Assembly: GCA_965262725.1 (NCBI GenBank)
Contig: OZ253555.1
Span: forward strand, 1,888,001 to 1,952,000
Reading direction: 5' to 3'
DNA length: 64,000 nucleotides
Source: Dehalococcoidia bacterium
GTDB taxonomy: Bacteria; Chloroflexota; Dehalococcoidia; UBA2979
Part shown: in pieces, positions 58,801 through 64,000 of the stretch
How positions within the stretch are numbered: position 1 is the stretch's first letter
Layout of the letters: each line of letters starts with the position of its first letter
Notes under the pieces: model-generated
What the model was told of the DNA's origin: nothing
Databases searched by the model: none
What the model saw: the letters and a program-made list of their open reading frames with translations, nothing else
Made by a program: the position numbers and the translations under genes

Positions 58801-59747
58801 ACCGTCACCCCGGCGGTCTCGTCGTCGCTGACGGTCACGGCCACCCCGCTCGGAGCCGCCACAACCGGGGCGTCCGTTTTCTGTTGCGCATTCTTGCCCG
58901 ATCCTTGGCTGTCGGTGTAAGCCGCCGTGGCTCGCAGGTAGCTGCCAACGTCGGCGGCAACCGGTCTGTAGGTGGACGACGTTGCGCCGGCAATAGCGGT
59001 CCACGTAGTTTGGTCCGAGGATTTACTCCAGGTCCAACCTATGATGGAAACACCCCCGTCGAGGTCGGTGATACTGGCCGTCAGGTCTATGCCAACGACG
59101 GGCGCTTGGGACGACAGGGTTATCGCGCCCGCCTCGTCCTCGTTGGTTACTGTGATGGTCAGTGTTACTTTGCTGCTCAAGTTATTGGGGTCGGTGGCGA
59201 TAACATCGACCTGGTACGAGGATTTGGTCTCGTAGTCCAGCGGCGCGTTGGCCCGCAATTCCCCGACGGTAGTATCGTTGATGTTGAAGGAGGCGGCGTC
59301 GGTCCCGCCCAGGGAGTAGGTGATCGCCTCGCCGTTCGGCTCTTCGGCCGCAACAGTGGCGACGATGGTGGTGATATCGGCGTTCTCCGGCGTATCCCAG
59401 GTGGTGTCGGTATTGGCTGGGAACCGGGGAGCCACCTGGGGAGTGACCCGCAGGATCTTGTCCGCGCCGTTGCCCTCGGAGGTGGAAACATACAGGGCGT
59501 CGGTGTCCGCGTCCGTGGCCCCGACAGGCGCGCCGATGTTTGCGCCTGCGGCGGTGTTCTCGGCCACCGATCGGGCACCGTCCTCGCTGGACGGGAACGC
59601 CGGTTGACTGTTGGTTACCTGCGCCGCAGCGCTACCCACGATTAGGAAGGCGAGGAATAAGGCGCTTACTGCGGTCGCCGACAGGATTCGCTGCCGACGG
59701 CGCGGCAGAGTGTTCACTGTGTGCGGGAACGGGGTATTCCCCATCAC
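37845..59747 (-). CDS. Giant 7300-aa repetitive surface adhesin
   Basis: Signal peptide (…GSAAAQ), cadherin-like domain (LDYETKSSY), ~50 acidic ~110-aa Ig/Calx-like repeats, WSDG beta-propeller, Calx-beta block, cadherin-like sandwich, twin C-terminal modules; open frame over 21.9 kb. Confidence 0.93.
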   Translation of the reverse strand: MMGNTPFPHTVNTLPRRRQRILSATAVSALFLAFLIVGSAAAQVTNSQPAFPSSEDGARSVAENTAAGANIGAPVGATDADTDALYVSTSEGNGADKILRVTPQVAPRFPANTDTTWDTPENADITTIVATVAAEEPNGEAITYSLGGTDAASFNINDTTVGELRANAPLDYETKSSYQVDVIATDPNNLSSKVTLTITVTNEDEAGAITLSSQAPVVGIDLTASITDLDGGVSIIGWTWSKSSDQTTWTAIAGATSSTYRPVAADVGSYLRATAAYTDSQGSGKNAQQKTDAPVVAAPSGVAVTVSDDETAGVTVSETTLTLDEGGSATYTVVLNRQPTSDVVIGVTRSGSPDVTVSPATLTFTPANWSTAQTVTVRGAQDADAVNDTAAIAHAVDASQSADEYDTAAIAGVSVTVTDDDTAGVTVSETALTLDEGASATYTVVLNAQPASNVLIRIDNNNLDVGVDADAGRARAQAFLLFTPGNWSTPQTVKVSAAQDADAADDQAQLDHAVSYTFDRSGPYNSVLAAGVAVTVTDDETAGVTVSETTLTLDEGASATYTVVLNAQPAADVLIRIDNNNQDVKVDADAIFPGLQAFMLFTPGNWNTPQTVKVSAAQDADAADDQAQLDHAVSYTADRSGPYNSVLAAGVAVTVIDDETVGVTVSETTLTVVEGASNTYTVKLDPQPSSDVVITVTSSNSAVTPAPARLTFTSSNWSTAQTVTVRAAHDADAVNDSAAIAHAVVPAESADEYDTATIAGVAVTVADDDAGVTNSESTLAVAEGGSATYTVVLNTQPSADVAIIIADDNPDVTLDTDATQPGIQNRLTFTPSNWNTPQTVTVAAAHDADAVNDKAQLRYTVSSDNVSGPYSGLAAAGVAVTVTDDDTVGVTVSETTLTVAEGGDNTYTVVLDAQPTSDVVINVTKSGSTDVTVSPATLTFTGDNWDTAQTVTVAAAQDADAADDSAAIAHAVAPAESADEYDTATIAGVAVTVDDDETAGVTVSRPRMRMDEGGSNTYTVALNAQPTSDVVIAVTSNNSDVTVDTDAATSGSQNTLTFTPNNWSTAQTVRVAADQDADAANDKAAITHAVVAAQSADEYDNVTIARVRVTVIDDETPTAGVTSSVSRLTVAEGGSATYTVVLNTSPPGAFGVTVFVLLVSDGNVTRAPASLFFTSSNWDTAQTVTMSASQDIEASDRAQVSYVVRCTCSQYNGLRYDNVVEVIVVDDDAVGVTVSETAVSVIEGGNSNYTVVLNKQPSSDVVIDVTASGNTDVTVSPATLTFTSSNWGTAQTVTARAAQDADAANDTAAITHAVVAAESADEYDNVSIAGVTVTVTDDETAGVTVSETALEVAEGGNNTYTVVLGAQPTSGVVINVTASGSPDVTVSPATLTFTPANWSTAQTVTVAAAQDADAVDAAASISHAVDASRSADEYDAVTIAGVAVTVTDDETAGVTVSRPRLRVNEGGSKTYTVKLGVQPTSDVVINVTKSGSADVTVSPATLTFTSSNWDTAQTVTVAAAEDADAVNDAAAIAHAVDAARSADEYDNVTIAGVAVTVTDDETAGATVSETTLTVAEGGSATYTVVLDVQPASNVVISVTASGSSDVTVSPATLTFTTANWDTAQTVTVAAAQDADAVDDAASIAHAVDAARSADEYDNVTIAGVAVTVTDDDTAGATVSETALEVAEGGSATYTVVLNLQPTSDVVISVTASGNTDVTVSPATLTFTTANWDTAQTVTVAAAQDADAVDDAASIAHAVDAARSADEYDNVTIAGVAVTVTDDETAGVTVSVISVKAPEGGSATYTVVLDVQPTSDVVINVTKSGSSDVTVSPATLTFTTANWDTAQTVTVSAAQDADAVDDAAAISHAVVDASSDDLYDGLQIARVSVTVTEDDPGMRVSQTDGIVMTEGIPFSYTVALTTKPTSNVALIIGVLGSRGITVDGSPITFDLPGLGTLAAVELLFTPANWNTPQTVTVRAPDDDDSADDSATIYHGIIPGSSAEEYRSVPLIALEVFVNDDDPGVTVSPKARSLAEGGSATYTVLLDTEAASDVVISVSSDNTDVTVSPATLTFTTANWGTAQTVTVRAAHDADAVNDAASITHAVVDADSDDLYDGLRIARVSVTVTDDDAGVSVSETALTVAEGGSATYTVKLDAQPASDVVITVSSDNSDVTADTDAATSGNQTTLTFTPANWSTAQTVTVRAAQDADAANDAASITHAVDASRSANEFDNVSSAGVAVTVTDDETAGATVSATTLTVTEGGNNTYTVVLDVQPTSDVVITVSSDNSDVTATPAKLTFTPSNWSTAQTVTVAAAQDADAVNDAAAIAHAVDAARSANEFDAVTIAGVAVTVTDDDAGATVSETTLTVAEGGNATYTVKLDAQPAADVVITVSSDNSDVTADTDGATSGNQTTLTFSPSNWDTAQTVTVSAAEDADAVNDAASITHAVVAASSADEFDAVSIAELAVTVTDDDAGVTVSETTVTVAEGTSTTYTVKLDAQPASNVVISVTRSGSPDVTVSPATLTFTRANWSTAQTVTVRAAQDADAVNDAASITHAVVAASSADEFDAVTIAGVTVTVADDDAGVTVSPATLRIPEGNSSTYTVVLDAQPASDVVITVSSGNTDVTVSSARLTFTTANWDTAKTVTVSAAEDADAVNDTASITHAVVAASSADEYDAVTIAGVAVTVTDDDAGVSVSETTLTVTEGGSATYTVKLAAQPASDVVITVSSGNTDVTVSPATLTFTPSNWSTAQTVTVAAAQDADAVNDAAAIAHAVDAARSADEFDAVTIAGVAVTVTDDDARLVLDVEKLKMDEGSSSTAYDVKLGGQPTGNVVVRVTVSGSSDVAVDTDGSTDGDQDTLTFTNGNWDKGQLVRVRAAQDADAVDDAASITHSVVDADSADEFDAAPDTVRHVTVDDNDAGVTVSASKLTVDEGTSATYTVVLDALPAADVVITVSSDNSDVTVSPATLTFTPANWSTAKTVTVSAAQDADAVNDAASIAHAVTAASSAKEYDAVTIAGVTVTVADDDAGVTVSETALTVAEGGSATYTVVLDALPDSDVVITVTRSGDVTATPAKLTFTTANWSTAQTVTVRGAQDADAVNDAASITHAVNAASSAKEYDAVTIAGVAVTVTDDDDATLVVPGDAIMISEGIRSGGYTVRLSAQPTSNVVVRVTVSGSSDVAVDTDGSTDGDQDTLTFTNGNWDTGQLVRVRAAEDADAVDDEASITHSVVDAESADEFDAAPDAVRRVTVDDDDTAGATVSETTLTVAEGGSATYTVVLDVQPTSNVVIGVTKTGSSDVTVSPATLTFSSSNWDTAKTVTVSAAQDADAVNDAASITHAVNAAGSANEFDAATIAGVAVTVTDDETAGATVSETTLEVDEGGSATYTVKLDAQPASDVVISVTKSGSPDVTVSPATLTFSTSNWSTAQTVTVAAAQDPDAVNDAASITHAVDAARSADEYDAVAVAAVAVTVSDDDAGVTVSETTLEVAEGGSGAYTVKLNAQPAADVVISVSRSGSADVTASPATLTFTPSNWSTAQTVTVRAAQDADAVNDTASIAHAVVAARSADEYDAVAVAAVAVTVSDDDAGVTVSETTLTVAEGGNATYTVKLNAQPAADVVISVSRSGSADVTASPATLTFTPSNWSTAQTVTVRAAQDADAVNDTGSIAHAVVAARSANEYDAVAVAAVAVTVSDDDDAGVTVSETTLTVAEGGNGAYTVKLNAQPAADVVISVSRSGSADVTASPATLTFTPSNWSTAQTVTVRAAQDADAVNDTGSIAHAVVAARSANEYDAVAVAAVAVTVSDDDDAGVTVSETTLTVAEGGNGAYTVKLNAQPAADVVISVSRSGSADVTASPATLTFTPSNWSTAQTVTVRAAQDADAANDTASIAHAVVAARSANEYDAVAVAAVAVTVSDDDDAGVTVSETALTVAEGGSATYTVKLDAQPASDVVISVSRSGSADVTASPATLTFTPSNWSTAQTVTVRAAQDADAVNDTASIAHAVVAARSANEYDAVAVAAVAVTVSDDDDAGVTVSETTLEVAEGGSGAYTVKLNAQPASDVVISVSRSGSADVTASPATLTFTPSNWSTAQTVTVRAAQDADAVNDTGSIAHAVVAARSANEYDAVAVAAVAVTVSDDDDAGVTVSETTLTVAEGGNGAYTVKLNAQPAADVVISVSRSGSADVTASPATLTFTPSNWSTAQTVTVRAAQDADAANDAASIAHAVVAARSANEYDAVAVAAVAVTVSDDDAGVTVSETTLTVAEGGSATYTVKLDAQPASDVVISVSRSGSADVTASPATLTFTPSNWSTAQTVTVRAAQDADAVNDTGSIAHAVVAARSANEYDAVAVAAVAVTVSDDDDAGVTVSETTLTVAEGGNGAYTVKLNAQPAADVVISVSRSGSADVTASPATLTFTPSNWSTAQTVTVRAAQDADAANDAASIAHAVVAARSANEYDAVAVAAVAVTVSDDDAGVTVSETTLTVAEGGSATYTVKLDAQPASDVVISVSRSGSADVTASPATLTFTPSNWSTAQTVTVRAAQDADAVNDTASIAHAVVAARSANEYDAVAVAAVAVTVSDDDDAGVTVSETTLEVAEGGSGAYTVKLNAQPASDVVISVSRSGSADVTASPATLTFTPSNWSTAQTVTVRAAQDADAVNDTGSIAHAVVAARSANEYDAVAVAAVAVTVSDDDAGVTVSETTLTVAEGGNATYTVVLDAQPAADVVISVSRSGSADVTASPATLTFTPSNWSTAQTVTVRAAQDADAVNDTGSIAHAVVAARSANEYDAVAVAAVAVTVSDDDDAGVTVSASTLTVAEGGNGAYTVKLNAQPASDVVISVSRSGSADVTASPATLTFTPSNWSTAQTVTVRAAQDADAANDTGSIAHAVVAARSANEYDAVAVAAVAVTVSDDDDAGVTVSETALTVAEGGNGAYTVKLNAQPAADVVISVSRSGSADVTASPATLTFTPSNWSTAQTVTVRAAQDADAANDAASIAHAVVAARSANEYDAVAVAAVAVTVSDDDAGVTVSETTLTVAEGGSGAYTVKLNAQPAADVVISVTRSGSADVTASPATLTFTRANWSTAQTVTVRAAQDADAANDAASIAHAVVAARSANEYDAVAVAAVAVTVSDDDAGVTVSETTLTVAEGGSGAYTVKLNAQPAADVVISVTRSGSADVTASPATLTFTRANWSTAQTVTVRAAQDADAANDAASIAHAVVAARSANEYDAVAVAAVAVTVTDDDDAGVTVSASTLTVAEGGNGAYTVKLNAQPASDVVISVSRSGSADVTASPATLTFTPSNWSTAQTVTVRAAQDADAANDAASIAHAVVAARSANEYDAVAVAAVAVTVSDDDAGVTVSETALTVAEGGNATYTVVLDAQPAADVVISVSRSGSADVTASPATLTFTRANWSTAQTVTVAGAEDADAVNDAASIAHAVVAARSADEYDGATIAAVAVTVSDDDAGVTVSETALEVAEGGSGAYTVKLDAQPASDVVISVPRSGSADVTVSPATLTFTRANWSTAQTVTVRAAEDADAANDAASIAHAVVAARSADEYDAVAVAAVAVTVSDDDAGVTVSETTLTVAEGGSGAYTVVLDAQPAADVVISVTRSGSADVTASPATLTFTRANWSTAQTVTVRAAEDADAANDAASIAHAVVAARSADEYDAVAVAAVAVTVSDETAGVTVSETTLTVAEGGSGAYTVVLDAQPAADVVISVTRSGSADVTASPATLTFTRANWSTAQTVTVRAAEDADAVNDAASITHAVDAASSANEFDAVAVAAVAVTVSDDETAGVTVSETTLTVAEGGSGAYTVVLDAQPAADVVISVTRSGSADVTASPATLTFTRANWSTAQTVTVRAAEDADAANDAASIAHAVVAARSADEYDAVAVAAVAVTVSDDDAGVTVSETTLEVAEGGSGAYTVVLDAQPASDVVISVPRSGSADVTASPATLTFTRANWSTAQTVTVRAAEDADAVNDAASIAHAVVAARSADEYDGATIAAVAVTVSDDEAAGVAVTVTDADDPVGIPPERTSTEAVERDGYGWTGIWSDGDILWQAVNVRGADDAIHAYDLASGKRIQEREFELDETNRAPRGLWSDGVTIWVSDSGQDRLFAYKLESGERLQDRELALVGQNGAARGIWSDGKLMWVLDANQDALFAYIRSSGELIAKYSLHRANGDPRGLWSDGITIWVSDHRLFAYALPVPRQLELLTFTASGGSAQTVEVSTIEDGAAERGETFTLELRDASGGGGEPLTVSGSPLTTTINDDDAPRSGIALSVSERSIAEGSAATTLTVTATMHGGATLPTDTTLRLSLGGSASSGADYTATPLGAITVAAGRPSATTSFLLTPSDDSVVEGDETILVQGVHSGRLTVTEATITLEDDDRATLAISAPAGDLEEGSDVTFTVTLSAEVAAAVSVAWSVSGDAVAGRDYWPTSGSFMLSADSVVNTMPVTFAVGSVAGATRTITLALADDNLSELAESLTVSLGPAGGNLPTGVTVDEHNGEASATIAPSDPITVVLEGDASVDEGATATYPVSLSPTGVIPSADLTVGYTTANGSARAGTDYRPASGSLTFTASGGSAQTVQVSTIEDGAAERGETFTLELRDASGGGGEPLTVSGSPLTTTINDDDAPRSGIALSVSERSIAEGSAATTLTVTATMHGGATLPTDTTLRLSLGGSASSGADYTATPLGAITIAAGRPSATTSFLLTPSDDSVVEGDETILVQGVHSGRLTVTEATITLEDDDRATLAISAPAGDLEEGSDVTFTVTLSAEVAAAVSVAWSVSGDAVAGRDYWPTSGSFMLSADSVVNTMPVTFAVGSVAGATRTITLALADDNLSELAESLTVSLGPAGGNLPTGVTVDEHNGEASATIAPSDPITVVLEGDASVDEGATATYPVSLSPTGVIPSADLTVGYTTANGSARAGTDYRPASGSLTFPQGSPAASALVRVRDRDFAQLRGAGNSDPRGIWSDCGVMYVADAQDERHYRYDMPKSIDTCLASLSLSGMSIDAFFRGTTDYWGLITPGLTVTTVEAEARRQDATVVIEPADRDADPANGHQVAVEPEGEITVTVISADGSRRTVYRVRPVCLSGELAVGFSFVLYAGGSVEELEACALSRGVVALYALADGAYVPYILGAPRFVNQPFRELFAEALAPLTPLVAVSNESQEGRLVPGEIHSPTGSEPETWPGCLHGAMVEGFNLVVYEGGSVGELAACMQSQHVSALYTLHDSEFTPYILGAPPFVNAPFRELFTDGVRPLTPLIAKHEPPLGERAGEGTPGSSGEGQ
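38894..41087 (-). repeat. 1092-bp near-perfect tandem duplication (Calx-beta block)
   Basis: Identical shadow ORFs at 39070/40162 and 39371/40463 (offset 1092). Confidence 0.93.
41690..49400 (-). repeat. ~23 near-identical 330/333-bp tandem repeats inside the giant adhesin
   Basis: Antisense shadow ORF ends recur every 330 or 333 bp; units differ by a few SNPs and one Asp codon. Confidence 0.95.
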
Positions 59748-59936
59748 CTATTCACCCCTCTGCCACCGCCGTACCTAGATCGAATGCATGTTCAACAAAA
59801 ATCCAGACTGGGAGACGATTGTACTATCGTGCACTCCCAGACCCACAACCAAGACTTCTCCCCCGTCGGCCCCGACCGCAATCGGGACGATGATGCGTGT
59901 GTCAAGCCGCAATGCATCACCAACGGCGTGCGCCAT

Positions 59937-60300
59937 CATGACACAGGGACTCCTACCCATCGAGTACGCCGAGGCGCCGCGCTCGGGGGCGGGCGTCACG
60001 GCGCTGGCAGGCCTGCTCCTCTACCTCGATCTACTGGAGGCCGCGGGGCTGCGCGGATCGTTCGCGCGTCGCGCTCCCACGGCCCGCGTGCAGGGCTGGA
60101 GCGAGAGCCAGCTCTCCGTCGCCCCTCGTGCTCCTCAACCTCGCCGGCGGGGAGTCGGTCGACGACCTGGCATGCTCGAGCAGGACGAGTGCTTGGGCGA
60201 GGTCGTGCGGCAGGCCGAGCGCCACGGCGTGCGCCGCCGCACGCGGCGGGCGCGGCGGCCCCTTCCGGTGCCGGTGACCACCCGAGCGCCATCCCGCCCG
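59937..60300 (+). pseudogene. 5' remnant of an IS1380-family transposase (same lineage as 17520)
   Basis: GVTALAGLLLYLDLL...APTARVQGWSESQLSVA; nucleotide similarity to 17560-17780; frameshifted. Confidence 0.75.
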
Positions 60301-60441
60301 TGGGAATGACAACTCCGTATGGCCCCTTACCTTCTTCAAATGAGCTCAGTAACCTCTGAGCCCGGGAAGCCCAGCGCGGCCGCCAGCCATCCCGCGAGTC
60401 CGGTAGCCTCTTGGGCCAGGGCACGCATCGCGGTAACCTAA

Positions 60442-61769
60442 GGGCACTTCGAAGAATGACTATATCGTCGGCATGGTGAATGATATACTGTAGCCATCAG
60501 TGTCATGGTTACGGGGGATGATATGGGCCAACTTGGATTCTTCAATGTGGACGACCGCTACGACGCTCTCGACGCCAAGGGCGACCCACTCGCCAAGCTC
60601 GACCAAATCATCCCGTGGGAGCAGTTCAGACCTCAGTTAGAAGCCGTCTGGGCCACGCCCGAAGAAGAGCGTAAATCACCGGCCGGACGCAAGCCATGGG
60701 ACGCAATCGTCATCTTCAAGGGATTGATACTCGGCGTACTCTACAACCTCTCCGATGAACAGATTGAGTATCAGATCCGCGACCGTCTCTCCTTCTCCCG
60801 CTTCTGCGGCACAGGCATCGAAGGCCGGGTGCCCGACGCCACCACCTTCTGGCTCTACCGCGAGCAGTTGACCAGGGCGGGCGCCATCGCCGAGTTGTTC
60901 CAGGCCTTCGACCACTATCTCGCCAGCCAGGGCTACCGCGCCAGTGGCGGACAGATCGTCGACGCCTCGATCGTCTCGGTGCCGATCCAGCGCAACAGCC
61001 GCCGGGAGAACGAGTCGCTCAAGCAGGACCTCATTCCCTCGGAGTGGGTCTTCAATCCGGCGAAGCTGGCCCAGAAAGACCTCGACGCCCGCTGGACGAA
61101 GAAGCACGGGAAGAGTCACTACGGCTACAAGAACCACATCACCATCGATCGGCGCCACAAGCTGGTGCGTTCCTACGCCGTCACCGATGCCGCGGTCCAT
61201 GACAGCCAGGTGATCGACCAGCTGCTCGACTCTCCGAACACGTCACCCGATGTGTGGGCAGACCGTGCCTATCGGTCGCGGGCGATTGAGGCAATGCTCA
61301 CGGAGAAAGGTCTGACGAGCCGCATCCATCGGAAGGCCGCTGCCAACCGGCCGTTGACGGCGGCTGAGGAGGCGGTCAACCGGGGATGGTCGCAAGTACG
61401 GGCCCGGGTTGAGCACATCTTCGGCTCGCAGACGAACGAGATGGGCGGCACGCACATCCGTACGATCGGCGTGCGGCGGGCAGTGACGCAGATCGGCTTC
61501 AAGAACCTGGCGTACAATATTCGCCGTCTGGCGCACCTCGAACACCGCCGTACGGCTGCCGCGGCCTAGCTTGCCGCCACCCGTCCACAGACCTCACACC
61601 AGCCTCTAGTTCGGTGCTTTGACAGTCCCGTTTAACTGTCAATTATCCCGCTTCACCTATGCTCTCGCGGACTCACCCACACCCCCTGGGGTCTCCTCAG
61701 CTACGCCCTCTGCCCCCTCGTGCCCTCACCGATACCTTCATCAAAAATCGCGAGTTCTTCGAGGTGCCC
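60442..61769 (+). mobile_element. Complete IS5-family (IS5 subgroup) element, CTAA target duplication
   Basis: IRs GGGCACTTCGAAGAA / TTCTTCGAGGTGCCC; CTAA at 60438-41 and 61770-73. Confidence 0.92.
60505..61569 (+). CDS. IS5-family transposase
   Basis: YNLSDEQIEYQIRDRLSF, VPDATT, IVDASIV, DARWTKK, GYKNH, WADRAY, RARVEHIFG. Confidence 0.94.
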   Translation: MVTGDDMGQLGFFNVDDRYDALDAKGDPLAKLDQIIPWEQFRPQLEAVWATPEEERKSPAGRKPWDAIVIFKGLILGVLYNLSDEQIEYQIRDRLSFSRFCGTGIEGRVPDATTFWLYREQLTRAGAIAELFQAFDHYLASQGYRASGGQIVDASIVSVPIQRNSRRENESLKQDLIPSEWVFNPAKLAQKDLDARWTKKHGKSHYGYKNHITIDRRHKLVRSYAVTDAAVHDSQVIDQLLDSPNTSPDVWADRAYRSRAIEAMLTEKGLTSRIHRKAAANRPLTAAEEAVNRGWSQVRARVEHIFGSQTNEMGGTHIRTIGVRRAVTQIGFKNLAYNIRRLAHLEHRRTAAAA

Positions 61770-61793
61770 CTAACGTGCCTTAGCCCTGATCCA

Positions 61794-62180
61794 GAGCGCC
61801 AGGCTAACTGGCGAGTAGGCAGGAGGTGGAAGTCCTCTATGGCAAAGAGCTAGCCACTCATGTCATTCCGCGAGCCGTGCGCGGGTCGTCGCGAGGCGGC
61901 TTGTGAAGCGTCGGCAGCGGGGTGTGCGGGCGGGGCTAATGAGCATCGAAAGGGCCATTTGGGGTGCCGAGGCTCTTGGATTGGTCGAAGGCAATACCGG
62001 CGACGGCGCTACTGGCGAGTCGTGGTCGGGCCCCACGGTGTCGAAGACCCCATGCACGCACACACGTCTATCGCCGGGACTTGGGAGAGCTGCGCGTTGT
62101 CCCGACGAGTCGTACGCCGGGACCGCGTCGGGAAGGGACGTAAACCGTAGCCGATGATGCACGATGCGCAGCAGTCTGAT
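61794..62180 (+). mobile_element. 5' fragment of a second copy of group II intron A, preceded by the IS1380 left tip
   Basis: Near-identical reverse complement of ~37447-37833 with the same 5' exon GCCCTGATCCA; truncated by the right end of the next IS1380. Confidence 0.92.
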
Positions 62181-62402
62181 CTCGAATCCACCGATCGAAG
62201 CTTGACGAGGCGGGGTGCCGGGCTGCCGGAGAGTTCGGCGGGCGTGCCGGCGTTCGCCGGGCGGCGCCGGGGGCGGGCCGGAGCCAGGAGCCGTCGCTGA
62301 GCGCAGCTCGGGGGCGCTGAGGGTGCGGGCGCGAGGGTGCGCGAGGCGTGCGCGGGCATGCTGGCGCGAGCCTCGGACCCGGGTCGGCGCTGTGAGCGGG
62401 CG

Positions 62403-63728
62403 TCAGGCCGGGAGCGGTATCGCCCGTAGTCGCGCGAGCGCGGCTGCCAGCTGCTCTGCCCAGGGCCAGCGCTTCGGGAGGTGCAGAGTCCACCGCCGGG
62501 CAGAGCGGGTGAGCCGTCCGGCGAGAGAGAAGTAGCGTCGCCTGAGCGTCCTGGTCGTCACGATCCCCTCGCCGAGCCCGAGGCGTGCCGTCCAGCGGGC
62601 GAGGTTGTGCGCGATCACCTGCACCGCGAGCCACGCCGCGTTCGCGGCGAAGCGGCCCGAGGGGAGATGGTTCAACCCGACGCCGTACTTGAGGTCGCGG
62701 ATCGCGTTCTCGATCTCGGCGTGACGGCGATGGTCGGCCTCCAGCTCCATCATCTCCCCCGCGCGATCGGTGATGAAGGCATGGTAACTGTAGTTCACGA
62801 AGAGTGCGAGCTGTGAGCCGGGCGTCGGCTTGACGCGCCGCACGATGAGCCGCACCGCGGTGGCGTCCCTCGTGTGCTGGAACGGCGTGTAGGTCGTCTC
62901 GGCGACAGCGGCGCCGTCGTCCTGCCAGTACGGGATCGGCGTCCAGTCCTCTTCCGGTATCGCCTCGATCAGCCGGCGTACGTTCGGCTGCTGGCGAATG
63001 GTGATGGAAAAGCGGACATCCTGCTTGCGACAGACGGCGACGACAGCGTGGTTGTAGAAGCCGCTGTCGGCGCGCACCGTGAGCTGCCCGCTCGCCCCGG
63101 CGTCGCGCACCCGCGCCACCGTCTCACGGAGAAAGTGTGCGGCCCCCCGAGCGGTGTTGGCACGGCCCCCGCGCAGCCGGGCCATCAGCACCTCACCCGT
63201 CCCGGCCGCCACCGCGAGCAGCGGGTGATAGCCGCGCACGCCCGTGTAGCCGTGGTGCCGGGCGCCCTCCTTCGCCAGGCCGTAGGTCTCGCAGAGCGTC
63301 GAGTCGAGGTCGATGGTGAACGGCGCCGCGCCGGGTCCCGCCCCGGCCGCCCAACTGCGGGCCAGCAACTCGCGGCTGACGCGGTCGAGCTGACGGACGT
63401 GGCCCCAGCGAAAGCTGCGCAGGAAGGTCCCGAGGGTGGACGGCGCCTTCACGGTGCAGCCGAGCACGCGCCCGGTGCCGCCTGAGCGCATGGCATCGGC
63501 GTCATCGATGCAGTCGCCGCCCGCGAGCGCCGAGGCGATGAGAGTCATCAGCTTGTCGCCGACGTTCGCCCGCCCCGCTGCGTCACCGAGGTCGAGGTGG
63601 GCGTCTGCCAGTTCACGGAGGCCGAGCCGGCCAGCGAGCGTGGCCGGGAGCAGCAGGCCCGCGTGGTCCACGAGGCGGTCGTCGTCGAAGGCGATGTGTA
63701 TCCGGTCGGGGCTGCTCGTTGCTAGCAT
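62403..63728 (-). CDS. IS1380-family transposase (intact ORF)
   Basis: FTIDLDST, GYHPLL, VRADSGFY, HRRHAEIENAIRDLK, PSGRFAANAAW; right end ATCTCGAATCCACCGATCGAAG at ~62179. Confidence 0.94.
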   Translation of the reverse strand: MLATSSPDRIHIAFDDDRLVDHAGLLLPATLAGRLGLRELADAHLDLGDAAGRANVGDKLMTLIASALAGGDCIDDADAMRSGGTGRVLGCTVKAPSTLGTFLRSFRWGHVRQLDRVSRELLARSWAAGAGPGAAPFTIDLDSTLCETYGLAKEGARHHGYTGVRGYHPLLAVAAGTGEVLMARLRGGRANTARGAAHFLRETVARVRDAGASGQLTVRADSGFYNHAVVAVCRKQDVRFSITIRQQPNVRRLIEAIPEEDWTPIPYWQDDGAAVAETTYTPFQHTRDATAVRLIVRRVKPTPGSQLALFVNYSYHAFITDRAGEMMELEADHRRHAEIENAIRDLKYGVGLNHLPSGRFAANAAWLAVQVIAHNLARWTARLGLGEGIVTTRTLRRRYFSLAGRLTRSARRWTLHLPKRWPWAEQLAAALARLRAIPLPA

Positions 63729-63736
63729 CGAATGGG

Positions 63737-64000
63737 GTGCGCCAGGCTAACTGGTGCTTGGGCAGGAGGTGCAAGTCCTCTACGGCGAAGGAGCAAGCCA
63801 CTCCACGCGGTTCCGCGAGCCGTGCGCGACTCGTCGCGAGGCGAGCCGTGAAGCGTCGGCAGCGGGGTAGGCGGGCGGAGCTATTGAGCATCGAAAGATG
63901 CATAATCCGGAGTGCCGAGGCTTTCCCATTGGTCGAAGGCAACACCGGCGACGGCGCTTCTGGCGAGCCGTCGTCGGGCTCTGCGGTGTCAAAGAACTCA
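63737..64000 (+). ncRNA. 5' part of a second copy of group II intron B (runs off the window)
   Basis: Near-identical to 33199-33462, inserted at the same site CATCGAATGGG|GTGCG, 8 bp upstream of the IS1380 ATG. Confidence 0.9.

Noticed and set aside
41769-59645. Very long + strand ORFs (3182, 845, 611, 1059 aa) and dozens of ~100-aa ORFs
   Set aside because: Antisense shadows of the GC-rich repetitive adhesin; His/Arg/Gly-rich translations with no domain character.

Overview
GC-rich accessory region made almost entirely of mobile elements and surface-protein genes. The host is not identifiable from the sequence, although the protein repertoire is reminiscent of host-associated Chloroflexota or Actinomycetota (inference). 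Bases 1.1-17.3 kb are an integrative conjugative element: tyrosine integrase, excisionase, two VirD4-like ATPase plus Replic_Relax-type relaxase pairs, DNA primase, VirB4, PrgI, VirB2-like pilin, and VirB6/VirB8-like proteins. Bases 17.5-37.8 kb and 59.9-64 kb hold deeply nested mobile elements (IS256, IS1380, IS630, IS5, a MITE, IS21, IS110, IS1111, two different group II introns) around a 1252-aa surface protein and an LRR remnant. Bases 37.8-59.7 kb are a 7300-aa repetitive adhesin. Three results stand out. (1) An IS1111-type element inserted in an ORF-less group II intron carries TWO tandem bridge-RNA-like modules with different guides; one matches the element's own ends and the other matches the insertion site. 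(2) An IS110 has a fully readable bridge RNA programmed against the IS1380 transposase gene it sits in. (3) The short left end of IS1380 is invaded by two sibling group II introns in opposite orientations, with EBS/IBS pairings visible and each junction seen twice. Family assignments come from motif recognition only; no searches were run.
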